From assembly GCA_963751275.1 (NCBI GenBank), contig CAVVTZ010000008.1, positions 32,001 to 96,000 of the forward strand: a stretch of DNA of 64,000 bases, in the 5' to 3' direction. Origin of the DNA: an uncultured Gemmatimonadaceae bacterium. Its GTDB lineage: Bacteria > Gemmatimonadota > Gemmatimonadetes > Gemmatimonadales > Gemmatimonadaceae. A program made the position numbers and the translations under genes. This document shows, in pieces, positions 30,314 to 38,787 of the stretch (its first letter is position 1; each line of letters opens with the position of its first letter). The notes beneath the pieces were generated by a model. The model ran no database searches, was not told the DNA's origin, and saw only the letters and a program-made list of their open reading frames with translations.

Positions 30314-30820
30314 GTGAGCCGCAGTCTCAATAAGGTCACCCTGATCGGCAATCTCGGCGCCGATCCCGAAGTGCGGTCCGCCACGGGCGGCAACCGCGTC
30401 GCGAACTTCTCGCTTGCCACCAGCCGCCAGTGGACCGGCGCGAACGGCGAGAAGCAGGAGAAGACGGAGTGGCACCGCTGTGTGGTCTGGAATTCCAAGG
30501 TGTCCACACTCGCCGACATCGTCGAGAAGTACCTCAAGAAGGGCGACAAGGTGTACGTCGAGGGGCGGATCGAGTACCGCCAGTGGCAGGACAAGGACAA
30601 CCAGACGCGCTACAGCACGGAGATCAACGTCCGCGAGCTGATCATGCTCTCCGGCCGCCCGGGAGGGTCGGACGACGCCGAGGGCGGGGCCCGGAGCCGG
30701 CCGCGCGCGGCGGCGGCAGGGGCGGGATCCGGGTCCGGCACGTCCGGCGCGCCTGCGGGAGGCGATTTCGAGGATTTCAAGGGCAGCCTCGAAGAGACCG
30801 ACGACGATCTCCCGTTCTGA
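30314..30820 (+). CDS. ssb: Single-stranded DNA-binding protein
   Basis: SLNKVTLIGNLGADPEVR, KTEWHR, KG.KVYVEG, C-terminal DDDLPF; AGGAGG RBS. Confidence 0.97.
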   Translation: MSRSLNKVTLIGNLGADPEVRSATGGNRVANFSLATSRQWTGANGEKQEKTEWHRCVVWNSKVSTLADIVEKYLKKGDKVYVEGRIEYRQWQDKDNQTRYSTEINVRELIMLSGRPGGSDDAEGGARSRPRAAAAGAGSGSGTSGAPAGGDFEDFKGSLEETDDDLPF

Positions 30821-30826
30821 ACCGCG

Positions 30827-30919
30827 GGGGCGCCTGTGGTGGTTGACGTATGGCACGGCAGGGGCGCGGTTCGCGCCCCTGCCGTCGTCTGTACCATACG
30901 CTATCCCCAGACGCGCCCC
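30827..30919. repeat. Two inverted arms of the repeat family flanking a 14-bp hairpin (30855-30885)
   Basis: GGGGCGCCTGTGGTGGTTGACGTATGGCAC ... GTACCATACGCTATCCCCAGACGCGCCCC, starting just after the ssb stop. Confidence 0.7.
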
Positions 30920-31062
30920 TTGGCCGTAACCCGTTGCCTTATCACGCGTCTTAGTAGGGAACCCGCGCGCGCCCCGGTGTTTTGCCGGGGGCGCTCGGTT
31001 CCGTTTTCTTTCGGGAACCGCGCACCTGTTGCGCACCGAGTGAGGACCACGAGGACTCCGCC

Positions 31063-32232
31063 ATGATCCAGAATCCGATGCGCTTCTCGCCCTTCGTCCG
31101 TCGCGCGTTCGCGCTCGCCGTCGCCGCTGCGACGCTGGCTGCCTCGCCGCTCGCGGCGCAGGAGCCGACCGCGATCCCCGCGACCCACACCGTGAAGAAG
31201 GGCGATACGCTCTGGGACATTGCCAAGATGTACCTGAACGATCCCTTCCTCTGGCCGGAGATCTACCGGCTCAACACGAACATCGTGGAGGATCCGCACT
31301 GGATCTATCCCGGTGAAGTGTTGACGCTCCCTGGCGGGACGCCGCCGGTCGCGGAAGGCCCCGGCGGTGCCCAGGTCGTGTCGGAGGATCAGGTGGAGCA
31401 GCCCGCGGCGCCGATCGCGGAAGCGCCGCGCCAGCCGGTGGGTGCGACCGTCTTCGCGGCGGCGAACCGCAAGCGGGCGATCAGCGCTTCGCGCTTCGGC
31501 GGCACGGCCAATACCTACCAGCACACCGCCGTGCGCGCGGCGGAATTCTACTCGGCGCCCTGGCTCGACTCGTCGCAGGGTCCGGCCGGCACCGGCCTCA
31601 TCGTCCGCACGGCGAACATCCCGGGCGAAGTCCGGGGCGTCCAGCGCGACAAGTTCAACATCAACGATTACGTGTTCATCACGCTGCCCAAGGGCGTCGT
31701 GGCCGCCAAGGGCGACCAGCTCCTCGTGTTCGACTATGGCGCCGACCTTGGCAACGGTTCGCGTGTCATGCGTCCCACCGGCCAGGTGAAGATCATCAGC
31801 ATCGAAGGCACCGATGCGGTGCTCGCGCGGATCACGAACTTCTACGGCGAGATCTGGATCGGGCAGCACGTCATGCCGCTCGAGCATTTCGCGATGAATC
31901 CGGATGCCCGCCCGGCGCCGCTGCTCCTCGGCACGGAAGGGAAGGTCGTCTATATCCCGCCGCAGGTGACGATCGGTTCCCTGCAGGACTACATCATCCT
32001 CGACGTCGGCCTGAAGGACGGCGTGAAGATCGGCGACCAGTTCACGATCTACCGGCCGAGCTTCAAGCAGCAGATGACCGACGGCCCGCCGGTGACGATC
32101 CCCGAGGGGACCATCGGCCGCGTCCAGATCATCAAGGTCACGGAGCTCGGCAGCACGGCGCTGGTCACCGACATTCGCAATCCGGCGATCTTCCCAGGTG
32201 CGAACGCGCGGCTGACGGCACGCATGCCCTAG
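31063..32232 (+). CDS. Exported LysM protein, TsaP-like (N-terminal LysM, C-terminal FlgT-like beta domain)
   Basis: Signal peptide; HTVKKGDTLWDIAK.YL.DPFLWPEIY..N...I.DPHWIYPG; C-terminal LDVG..DGVK.GD.F.IYR...IGRVQIIKV. Confidence 0.75.
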   Translation: MIQNPMRFSPFVRRAFALAVAAATLAASPLAAQEPTAIPATHTVKKGDTLWDIAKMYLNDPFLWPEIYRLNTNIVEDPHWIYPGEVLTLPGGTPPVAEGPGGAQVVSEDQVEQPAAPIAEAPRQPVGATVFAAANRKRAISASRFGGTANTYQHTAVRAAEFYSAPWLDSSQGPAGTGLIVRTANIPGEVRGVQRDKFNINDYVFITLPKGVVAAKGDQLLVFDYGADLGNGSRVMRPTGQVKIISIEGTDAVLARITNFYGEIWIGQHVMPLEHFAMNPDARPAPLLLGTEGKVVYIPPQVTIGSLQDYIILDVGLKDGVKIGDQFTIYRPSFKQQMTDGPPVTIPEGTIGRVQIIKVTELGSTALVTDIRNPAIFPGANARLTARMP

Positions 32233-32359
32233 TCGGCGAAGGAAATCGCGGACCGCGACCCCGTCGCGGCTCCGCGCGTGTTACATTATGGGCGACGCAT
32301 GACTGCGATCGCCCATTTTGTTTGTGTCGCGCGCTTCGGCGCCGCGTGGACGCGTTGAC

Positions 32360-33325
32360 ATGACGCGCCGCATCCTCGTCACCGGCGGCGCGGGCTTCAT
32401 CGGCTCGCATGCCGCCGCGCTCTTCGCCGGCGCCGGCGATCACGTAACGGTCCTCGACGATCTTTCGAGCGGGAAGCGCGAGAATATCCCTGCCGGAGCG
32501 GAGTTCCTGCCGCTCGATGTGCGGTCGGCCGACGCGGCGCGCGCGGTGCGCGACGGGCGCTTCGACGTCGTGTGCCATTTCGCCGCGCAGATGGACGTGC
32601 GCCGGAGCGTGGCCGACCCCGTGCACGATGCGCGCATCAACATCGAAGGATCGCTGAATCTCTTGGAGGCGGTGCGCGCCGCCGGCGGGTCGGCGCGCGT
32701 GGTGTTCGCGTCCACGGGCGGCGCGATCTACGGCGATCTCGCCGAGCCGCCCACGGCGGAGCAGGCGGCGAAGGACCCGCAGTCGCCGTACGGCGTGGCG
32801 AAGCTCGCGGTGGAGTACTACCTCGCGTACTACGGGCGCGTGCACGGCCTGCCGTCGGTCGGGCTCCGCTTCTCGAACGTCTATGGCCCGCGCCAGGATC
32901 CGCACGGCGAGGCCGGGGTCGTGGCGATCTTCTGCGAGCGGCTGCTGCACGGCGAGCCGCTGACGGTGTACGGAGATGGGCGCCAGACGCGCGACTACGT
33001 GTTCGTGGGCGACGTGGCCCGCGCGGTGCAACTGGCCGCGGGCGCGCCGTTGCCGCCCGCCGGCGGCGTGGACGCGCGCGCCTTCAACATTGGAACGGGA
33101 GTGGAGACCGACGTGCTGACACTTGCCAGGATCCTCGCCGCCGCGGCCGGCGCGCCGCCGCGCATCGCACACGCCGCCGAACGGCCGGGCGAACAGCGCC
33201 GCTCGGCGGTTCGCATCGACGCTGCCGCGCGCGCGCTCGGCTGGCGCCCCGGCGTCGCCCTCGAGCACGGCTTGCAGCAGACGTTCGCGTGGTTCGCCGC
33301 GCGGCGTCCGGCGGTGGTCTCGTGA
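32360..33325 (+). CDS. NAD-dependent epimerase (UDP-glucose 4-epimerase-like)
   Basis: TGGAGFIGSH, HFAAQMDVRRSV, STGGAIYG, YGVAK, NVYGPRQDPHGEAGVV. Confidence 0.88.
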   Translation: MTRRILVTGGAGFIGSHAAALFAGAGDHVTVLDDLSSGKRENIPAGAEFLPLDVRSADAARAVRDGRFDVVCHFAAQMDVRRSVADPVHDARINIEGSLNLLEAVRAAGGSARVVFASTGGAIYGDLAEPPTAEQAAKDPQSPYGVAKLAVEYYLAYYGRVHGLPSVGLRFSNVYGPRQDPHGEAGVVAIFCERLLHGEPLTVYGDGRQTRDYVFVGDVARAVQLAAGAPLPPAGGVDARAFNIGTGVETDVLTLARILAAAAGAPPRIAHAAERPGEQRRSAVRIDAAARALGWRPGVALEHGLQQTFAWFAARRPAVVS

Positions 33326-34041
33326 ACGCGCTGCTGCTCATCGCCGCCCAGCTTGGCGCCGCGATGCCCACGGCGCCAATGGACCTGGTCCGCCAGTCCA
33401 CGCTCGCCACGAAGATCGTGCTCGTGCTGCTCGGTTCGCTCTCGCTGATCAGCTGGACCATCATGCTGGCGAAGTGGCGCGAATTCCGGCGCATCGCCGC
33501 GCGCTCGCGGACGTTCGAGAAGGAGTTCTCCAAGGTCCACACGCTCGAAGGGGCGGCGGCGCTCGTGCGCCGCGGCGCCGAGGGACCGGAGGCGAGCATC
33601 GTCGCGCGCGCGTCCGGCTTCGTGGCCGAGCTGCGCGGCGGCGGCCAGCGAGGCGGCTCGGCGCTCTCCGCGTCGCAGGTCGAGGCGCTGCGCCTCGTGC
33701 TCGACTCCGAGACCACCGATCAGCGCGACCAGCTCTCGCACTTCATCCCGTGGCTCGCGACGATCGGCTCGGTGAGCCCGCTCATCGGTTTGCTCGGTAC
33801 CGTGCTCGGGGTGATCGATGCGTTCGTCGGCATCGCGGTGAAGGGGAGCGGCAATCTGTCCGCGGTGGCGCCCGGTGTGGCCGAGGCGCTGGTGGCGACG
33901 GCGGCGGCGCTCACCGTCGCGATCCCGGCGGTGTTCGGCTACAACATCTTCGCCTCGCGGCTCGCCCGCTTCGAAGGGCGCCTCGAGAGCTTCGGCACGT
34001 CGCTCATCGCGATGATGGTGAGCGAGGGGCGCATTGAGTGA
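33322..34041 (+). CDS. tolQ: TolQ/ExbB proton channel
   Basis: WLATIGSVSPLIGLLGTVLG, VAPGVAEAL.ATA; first gene of the tol-pal cluster. Confidence 0.9.
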   Translation: MNALLLIAAQLGAAMPTAPMDLVRQSTLATKIVLVLLGSLSLISWTIMLAKWREFRRIAARSRTFEKEFSKVHTLEGAAALVRRGAEGPEASIVARASGFVAELRGGGQRGGSALSASQVEALRLVLDSETTDQRDQLSHFIPWLATIGSVSPLIGLLGTVLGVIDAFVGIAVKGSGNLSAVAPGVAEALVATAAALTVAIPAVFGYNIFASRLARFEGRLESFGTSLIAMMVSEGRIE

Positions 34042-34457
34042 GCCGGCGCCGGCGCTCCGCGGGCGGATTCGCGCTCAACGCGGACATTAATGTCGTGAGC
34101 CTCATCGATGTGATGATGCTCCTGATGGTGATCTTCATGATCACGGCGCCGATGATGCAAGGCGGCGTGGACGTGGCGCTCCCGCGCGCGGACGCGCGGC
34201 CGCTGCGCGCGGCGAGCGGGCTCGTGGTGACCGTGGCGCGCGATGGCTCGATCTTCGTGGACGAGGGGAAGTTCACGTACGATGAATTCAAGGCGACGTT
34301 CAAGGCGCTCGCCGGCAAGCGGGGTCGCGACGGGATCTACCTGCGCGCCGACGCGGGCGTGCCGTACGGCACCGTGGTGCAGGTACTCGCGGTGATGCGC
34401 ACCGCCGGCGTGGGGGACATTGGCCTCGTCGCCGAACCGGAGACCATCACGCCGTGA
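34038..34457 (+). CDS. tolR: TolR/ExbD
   Basis: DINV..LIDVM..L.VIFMITAPM, V.LP, LRAD..VPYG.VV.V. Confidence 0.9.
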   Translation: MSRRRRSAGGFALNADINVVSLIDVMMLLMVIFMITAPMMQGGVDVALPRADARPLRAASGLVVTVARDGSIFVDEGKFTYDEFKATFKALAGKRGRDGIYLRADAGVPYGTVVQVLAVMRTAGVGDIGLVAEPETITP

Positions 34458-35173
34458 CCGGCCGCGCCGGCACCACGGGCCGCTCCCCGTCGATCGCCTG
34501 GGCGATCGCCGCGTCGTTCGTGCTGCACGCGCTCTTCGCGACGGCCATGCTCTCGGCGCACCCGGCGCCGCGGAGAGCGGTGCCGCCGTCCTACCGCGTG
34601 AATCTGGTGGCCGCGCCGCCGGGACCGGCCGCGGCCGGCGTGGTCGCACCCACGCCGGCGCCCGCGCCAGCTCCTGCTGCGCCGCCGAAGAAGATCGCGC
34701 CGCCGCCCAAGGCGATGCCGGCCCCTCACAAGGCGCCGCCGAAGAAGACGCCGGCCGCCGCCGCGACGCCGGTGCCGCCCGCGCCGCCGAACCCGGCGCC
34801 GCCGGCCGCCGCCGCCGGCGCCACCGGCGGCCATGGCACCGATGTCGCGAGCGTGCACACGGAAGGCGCGGACTTCCCCTATCCGCAGTACCTCGAGAAC
34901 ATTGTGCGCGTGATCGCCCAGCGCTTCAAGCCGCAGGGGAACACCGCGGCGCGCGCCGAAGTATCGTTCATCATTCGGCGTGACGGGTCGATCGTCCCCA
35001 CGAGCATCCAGTTCGTCACGCGCTCCGGGAATTTCGCCTTCGACCTCGAGGCCGAGGGCGCGGTCGAGCAGGCGGCCTCGGTGAAGGCGTTCGGTCCGCT
35101 GCCCGCCGGTTTCGCCGACGATGTCCTGCCGGTCGTCTTCAGCTTCGATCCCCGAGTCCTGCAATCACCATGA
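34454..35173 (+). CDS. tolA: TolA/TonB-like protein
   Basis: TM anchor with S-x3-H, Pro/Ala-rich linker, TonB-C-like domain (F.I.RDG, SGN..FD..A..AV, F.PLP). Confidence 0.75.
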   Translation: MTGRAGTTGRSPSIAWAIAASFVLHALFATAMLSAHPAPRRAVPPSYRVNLVAAPPGPAAAGVVAPTPAPAPAPAAPPKKIAPPPKAMPAPHKAPPKKTPAAAATPVPPAPPNPAPPAAAAGATGGHGTDVASVHTEGADFPYPQYLENIVRVIAQRFKPQGNTAARAEVSFIIRRDGSIVPTSIQFVTRSGNFAFDLEAEGAVEQAASVKAFGPLPAGFADDVLPVVFSFDPRVLQSP

Positions 35174-36504
35174 GCATCCGCTCCGCTCCGATGTCCGCCG
35201 CGCTCGCCGTGGCGCTCGGCCTGATGATCGCCGCCGGCGCCGCGCGCGCGCAGGATTCCACGCCTCGCGGCGTGCGGATCGGACTCGCCTACGAATCGGG
35301 CGCGAAGCCGGGGGTCGTCGTCGGCATCGTGCGCGGCCCGCTGGGCGACAGTGTGCGCGCGATCCTGCAGCGCGACCTGGACAACAGCGATCTCGTGGAG
35401 GTCATCGGTCTCGATGGCACCCCGGCGGCCGCCACGGTCGTCGCCGTGGGACCCGGGATCAACTACACGATGTGGAAGGCGATCGGCGCCGCGGCGGCGC
35501 TCCAGATGTCGCTCGTGCCGGGCGCGCTGCACATCGCGGCGCATGATGTGGCGAAGAAGACCGTGCTGCAGACGCGCGACTTCCCGCTCGCCGGCGCGCC
35601 GGGCAGCGCGGAATGGCGCATGTCGCTGCACGCCGCGAGCGACGACGTGGAGCGGTGGCTCACCGGGACGCGCGGGATCGCCGCCACGCGCATATTGTTC
35701 GTGCGCGGCGGGCGCGTGTTGGTCATCGACAGCGACGGCTGGGGAGCGCGCGCGCTCACGGCGGAGGGCGGGACTGTGCTCTCGCCGGCGTGGCATCCGT
35801 CGGCGAAATTGTTCGCGTACAGCACGGTGTCGGGCGGCGGCTGGCGGATCATGCTGCGCGATTTCGGCGGCGGGCCGGCGCGCGCGCTCGGCACGACGCC
35901 GCAGGGACTGAACATGACGCCGGCGTTCTCGCCGGATGGCGCGTCGCTCGCGTATGCGCATGGAGAGGAGGAGGGCACCGATCTGTATATCGTTCCCGTG
36001 AGCGGGCTGGCGGCGACCGGCGACGCGCGGCGGATCACCGTCGGGCGCGGCACGGACAATCTGTCGCCGACGTTCAGTCCGGACGGGCGGCGGATCGCGT
36101 TCACGTCGGGGCGGATGGGGCATCCCGAGGTCTATCTCGCCGACGCGGACGGCGCGAATCCGGAATTGCTCACGCCCTTCGCGTTCGGCGAGGAGGCGTA
36201 CCGGTCCAATCCGGACTGGTCGCCCGACGGCCGACAGGTGGCCTATCAGTCGCAACTCGGAGGGGTATTCCAGCTGATGGTGATCGGCCTGCGGGACCGG
36301 GCGGTGCGGCAGCTCACGAGCGAAGGACGCAACGAGGATCCTTCGTGGGCGCCCGACGGCCGGCACCTGGTGTTCAGTTCGACGCGCACGGGCGTGCGCG
36401 AGTTGTTCGTGCTCGACGTGGAATCGGGGCGCGCGCGGCAGTTGACGCACGCGCCGGGAGCCCGTCTCCCGGCGTGGTCGCCGATGCTCGCGCCGGCGCC
36501 GTGA
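35170..36504 (+). CDS. tolB: TolB beta-propeller
   Basis: Signal peptide and PD40 repeats (PAFSPDG, PTFSPDG..IAFTS, PDWSPDG, PSWAPDG). Confidence 0.9.
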   Translation: MSIRSAPMSAALAVALGLMIAAGAARAQDSTPRGVRIGLAYESGAKPGVVVGIVRGPLGDSVRAILQRDLDNSDLVEVIGLDGTPAAATVVAVGPGINYTMWKAIGAAAALQMSLVPGALHIAAHDVAKKTVLQTRDFPLAGAPGSAEWRMSLHAASDDVERWLTGTRGIAATRILFVRGGRVLVIDSDGWGARALTAEGGTVLSPAWHPSAKLFAYSTVSGGGWRIMLRDFGGGPARALGTTPQGLNMTPAFSPDGASLAYAHGEEEGTDLYIVPVSGLAATGDARRITVGRGTDNLSPTFSPDGRRIAFTSGRMGHPEVYLADADGANPELLTPFAFGEEAYRSNPDWSPDGRQVAYQSQLGGVFQLMVIGLRDRAVRQLTSEGRNEDPSWAPDGRHLVFSSTRTGVRELFVLDVESGRARQLTHAPGARLPAWSPMLAPAP

Positions 36505-36556
36505 TGGCTGTGCTCCGCGCTTCCCACCCTATCCCAACTTTCATCGGAGAACGAAC

Positions 36557-37171
36557 ATGCGTCGCTCCCTGGCTCTGATCGGTACGCTCGTCACCCTCGC
36601 CTCCGTCGCGGCCTGCTCCAAGAAGGCGCCCGAGACGGCGCCGGCCCCGCTCAGCGCGGATTCCATCGCGAAGCTGCACGCCGCCGATTCCGTGGCGAAG
36701 GCCGAGGCCGCGGCGAAGATGGCGCAGGCCACGAAGGATTCCATCGCCAAGGCGCAGTCGGATTCGGCGATCGCGGCCGCGGCGGCCATCGCCGCGGCGA
36801 AGGCGGCGCTCAAGCAGGACATGACGAGCCAGATCTATTTCGAGTTCGACAAGTCGACGCTCACCGACACGGCGAAGGCGAAGCTCGACCGCAAGATCGC
36901 GATCCTCAACGCGAATCCGGGCGTGGGAGTGCAGATCGAAGGGCACACCGACGAGCGCGGCTCCACCGAGTACAATCTGGCGCTCGGCCAGCAGCGCGCC
37001 GCCGCGGTGAAGCGCTACCTCACGCAGCACGGCATCGCCGATTCACGGATCACGATCATCAGCTACGGCGAGGAGCGGCCGGCGGCGCAGGGACATGACG
37101 AGACGGCCTACGCGATGAACCGCCGCGCCGAGTTCGTGATCACGGTCGGCGAAGTCGCGAAGGCGCCGTGA
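36557..37171 (+). CDS. pal: Peptidoglycan-associated lipoprotein
   Basis: Lipobox VAA-C; IYFEFDKS, IEGHTDERGSTEYNLALGQ.RA, SYGEERP, NRR. Confidence 0.93.
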   Translation: MRRSLALIGTLVTLASVAACSKKAPETAPAPLSADSIAKLHAADSVAKAEAAAKMAQATKDSIAKAQSDSAIAAAAAIAAAKAALKQDMTSQIYFEFDKSTLTDTAKAKLDRKIAILNANPGVGVQIEGHTDERGSTEYNLALGQQRAAAVKRYLTQHGIADSRITIISYGEERPAAQGHDETAYAMNRRAEFVITVGEVAKAP

Positions 37172-37965
37172 CGCGCGCCCTGCGGTTCCTCGCGCCGGCC
37201 GCGTTGCTCGCGGCCGGCGCGTGCGTGGCGACATCCGCCGACGTGGACTCGCTCCGCTCGACGATCAACGACCTGCGAGTCACCCAGACGCGCTCCGACT
37301 CGGCGCGCGCCGCGCAGATCGCGATGGCCGGCCTGCAGATGGCGGTGCTCGACGACTCCGTGCGCGCGCTCAGCGCGCGGATCACGAAGATGAACGGCGA
37401 CACGCGCGGCGATCTGTACGCGATCAACCAGCAGCTGATCCAGATCCAGGAGTTGACCGGGCAGAGCCAGCGCCGGTTGCAGGAGCTGCGCTCCTCGCTG
37501 GAGCAGCGGCAGGCGGACATTCAGTCCGGCGCCGCGCCGGCGGCGGCCGGCGCCGCCGCGGGGGCGGCCGCGGCCGCGGCGCCCGCGGCGCCGGGACCGG
37601 CAGAGCTCTTCCAGCTCTCGCTCGACCAGCTCCGCCGCGGCAGCAACGCCACGGCGCGCAACGGGCTCACCATGCTCGTGACGCAGTACCCGAAGTCCGA
37701 TCTCGTGCCGGAGGCGCAGTTCTACATCGCCGAGTCGTGGGCGGCGGAAGGGAACGCCGCGATGGCGGACAGCGCCTACGCGCTGGTGGTGGCGAAATAC
37801 CCGCAGTCGGCGCGCGCGCCCACGGCGCTCTACAAGCGGGCGCTCGCGCTCGAGAAGGCCGGCAACAAGACCGCGGCGCGCGCGGCGTTCACGCAGCTCA
37901 CCACCGCGTATCCGCGTTCCGATGAAGCGGCCCTGGCGCGTGAGCAGCTGCGCACCCTGAACTGA
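37168..37965 (+). CDS. cpoB: CpoB/YbgF TPR protein
   Basis: Lipoprotein-like N-terminus, coiled coil, TPRs with YP.S motifs; directly after pal. Confidence 0.85.
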   Translation: MTRALRFLAPAALLAAGACVATSADVDSLRSTINDLRVTQTRSDSARAAQIAMAGLQMAVLDDSVRALSARITKMNGDTRGDLYAINQQLIQIQELTGQSQRRLQELRSSLEQRQADIQSGAAPAAAGAAAGAAAAAAPAAPGPAELFQLSLDQLRRGSNATARNGLTMLVTQYPKSDLVPEAQFYIAESWAAEGNAAMADSAYALVVAKYPQSARAPTALYKRALALEKAGNKTAARAAFTQLTTAYPRSDEAALAREQLRTLN

Positions 37966-37983
37966 CCTTCCGGCCGTCCGGCG

Positions 37984-38787
37984 ATGAGCGATCCCCGTGA
38001 GCGCCCGGAACCCGCCGGCGCCGAGATGCCCTTCCTCGACCATCTCGAGGAACTGCGCTGGCGCATCATCAAGTCGCTCGCGGCGCTCGTCGTCGGCGTG
38101 GGGGTCGCGTTCTTCGTGCTGATCCAGTTCGACGTGCTCATGTGGCTCGAGGGACCGATCCTCCCCTACCTGCATGGGCGCAAGCTCGTGTACACGCATC
38201 CCGGCGACCCGTTCTCGATCGTCCTGAACGCCGCGATGGTGATCGGCGTCGCGATCTCGCTGCCGGTGATCCTGCACCAGGTGTGGAGCTTCGTCGCGCC
38301 GGCGCTGTTCAAGCACGAGAAGCGCGTCGTGATCGGCGTGTTCTGCTTCGCCATCTTCCTCTTCCTCGGCGGCGCGGCGCTCGCGTGGTTCGAGGTGCTG
38401 CCGCTCGCGCTGCCGTGGCTCATGGACTTCGGCGGCAACGCGCTCGAGCCGATGATCACCGCCAGCGACTACTTCGGCTTCGCGACGAGCATGGCGCTCG
38501 CGTTCGGCATCGCCTTCGAGCTGCCGATCGTGATCCTCGCGCTCGCGGCGCTGGGCATCGTCACGCCGCAGATGCTGAACAAGTACCGCCGGCATGCGAT
38601 CGTGGCGGTGGTGATCGTCGGCGCGTTCCTCACGCCGGGCGACCTGATCTGGACGACGATCGCGATGGCGGTGCCCCTCTATTTCCTCTATGAGGTGAGC
38701 GTGCTGCTCTCGTACATCGTGTACCGGCGGCGGCAGCGCCGCGCCGCCGAGCGCGAGGCGGAGCTCGGCGCGGAGCCCACCGGGTGA
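37984..38787 (+). CDS. tatC: Twin-arginine translocase TatC
   Basis: EMPFLDHLEELR.RI, FVAPAL...EK, FG..FELP, TPGD. Confidence 0.95.
   Translation: MSDPRERPEPAGAEMPFLDHLEELRWRIIKSLAALVVGVGVAFFVLIQFDVLMWLEGPILPYLHGRKLVYTHPGDPFSIVLNAAMVIGVAISLPVILHQVWSFVAPALFKHEKRVVIGVFCFAIFLFLGGAALAWFEVLPLALPWLMDFGGNALEPMITASDYFGFATSMALAFGIAFELPIVILALAALGIVTPQMLNKYRRHAIVAVVIVGAFLTPGDLIWTTIAMAVPLYFLYEVSVLLSYIVYRRRQRRAAEREAELGAEPTG

Noticed and set aside
30851..30866. TGGCAC-starting sequences here and at about 30246 as sigma-54 promoters
   Set aside because: The -12 element lacks TTGC, and the 30851 site is part of the repeat arm and hairpin.
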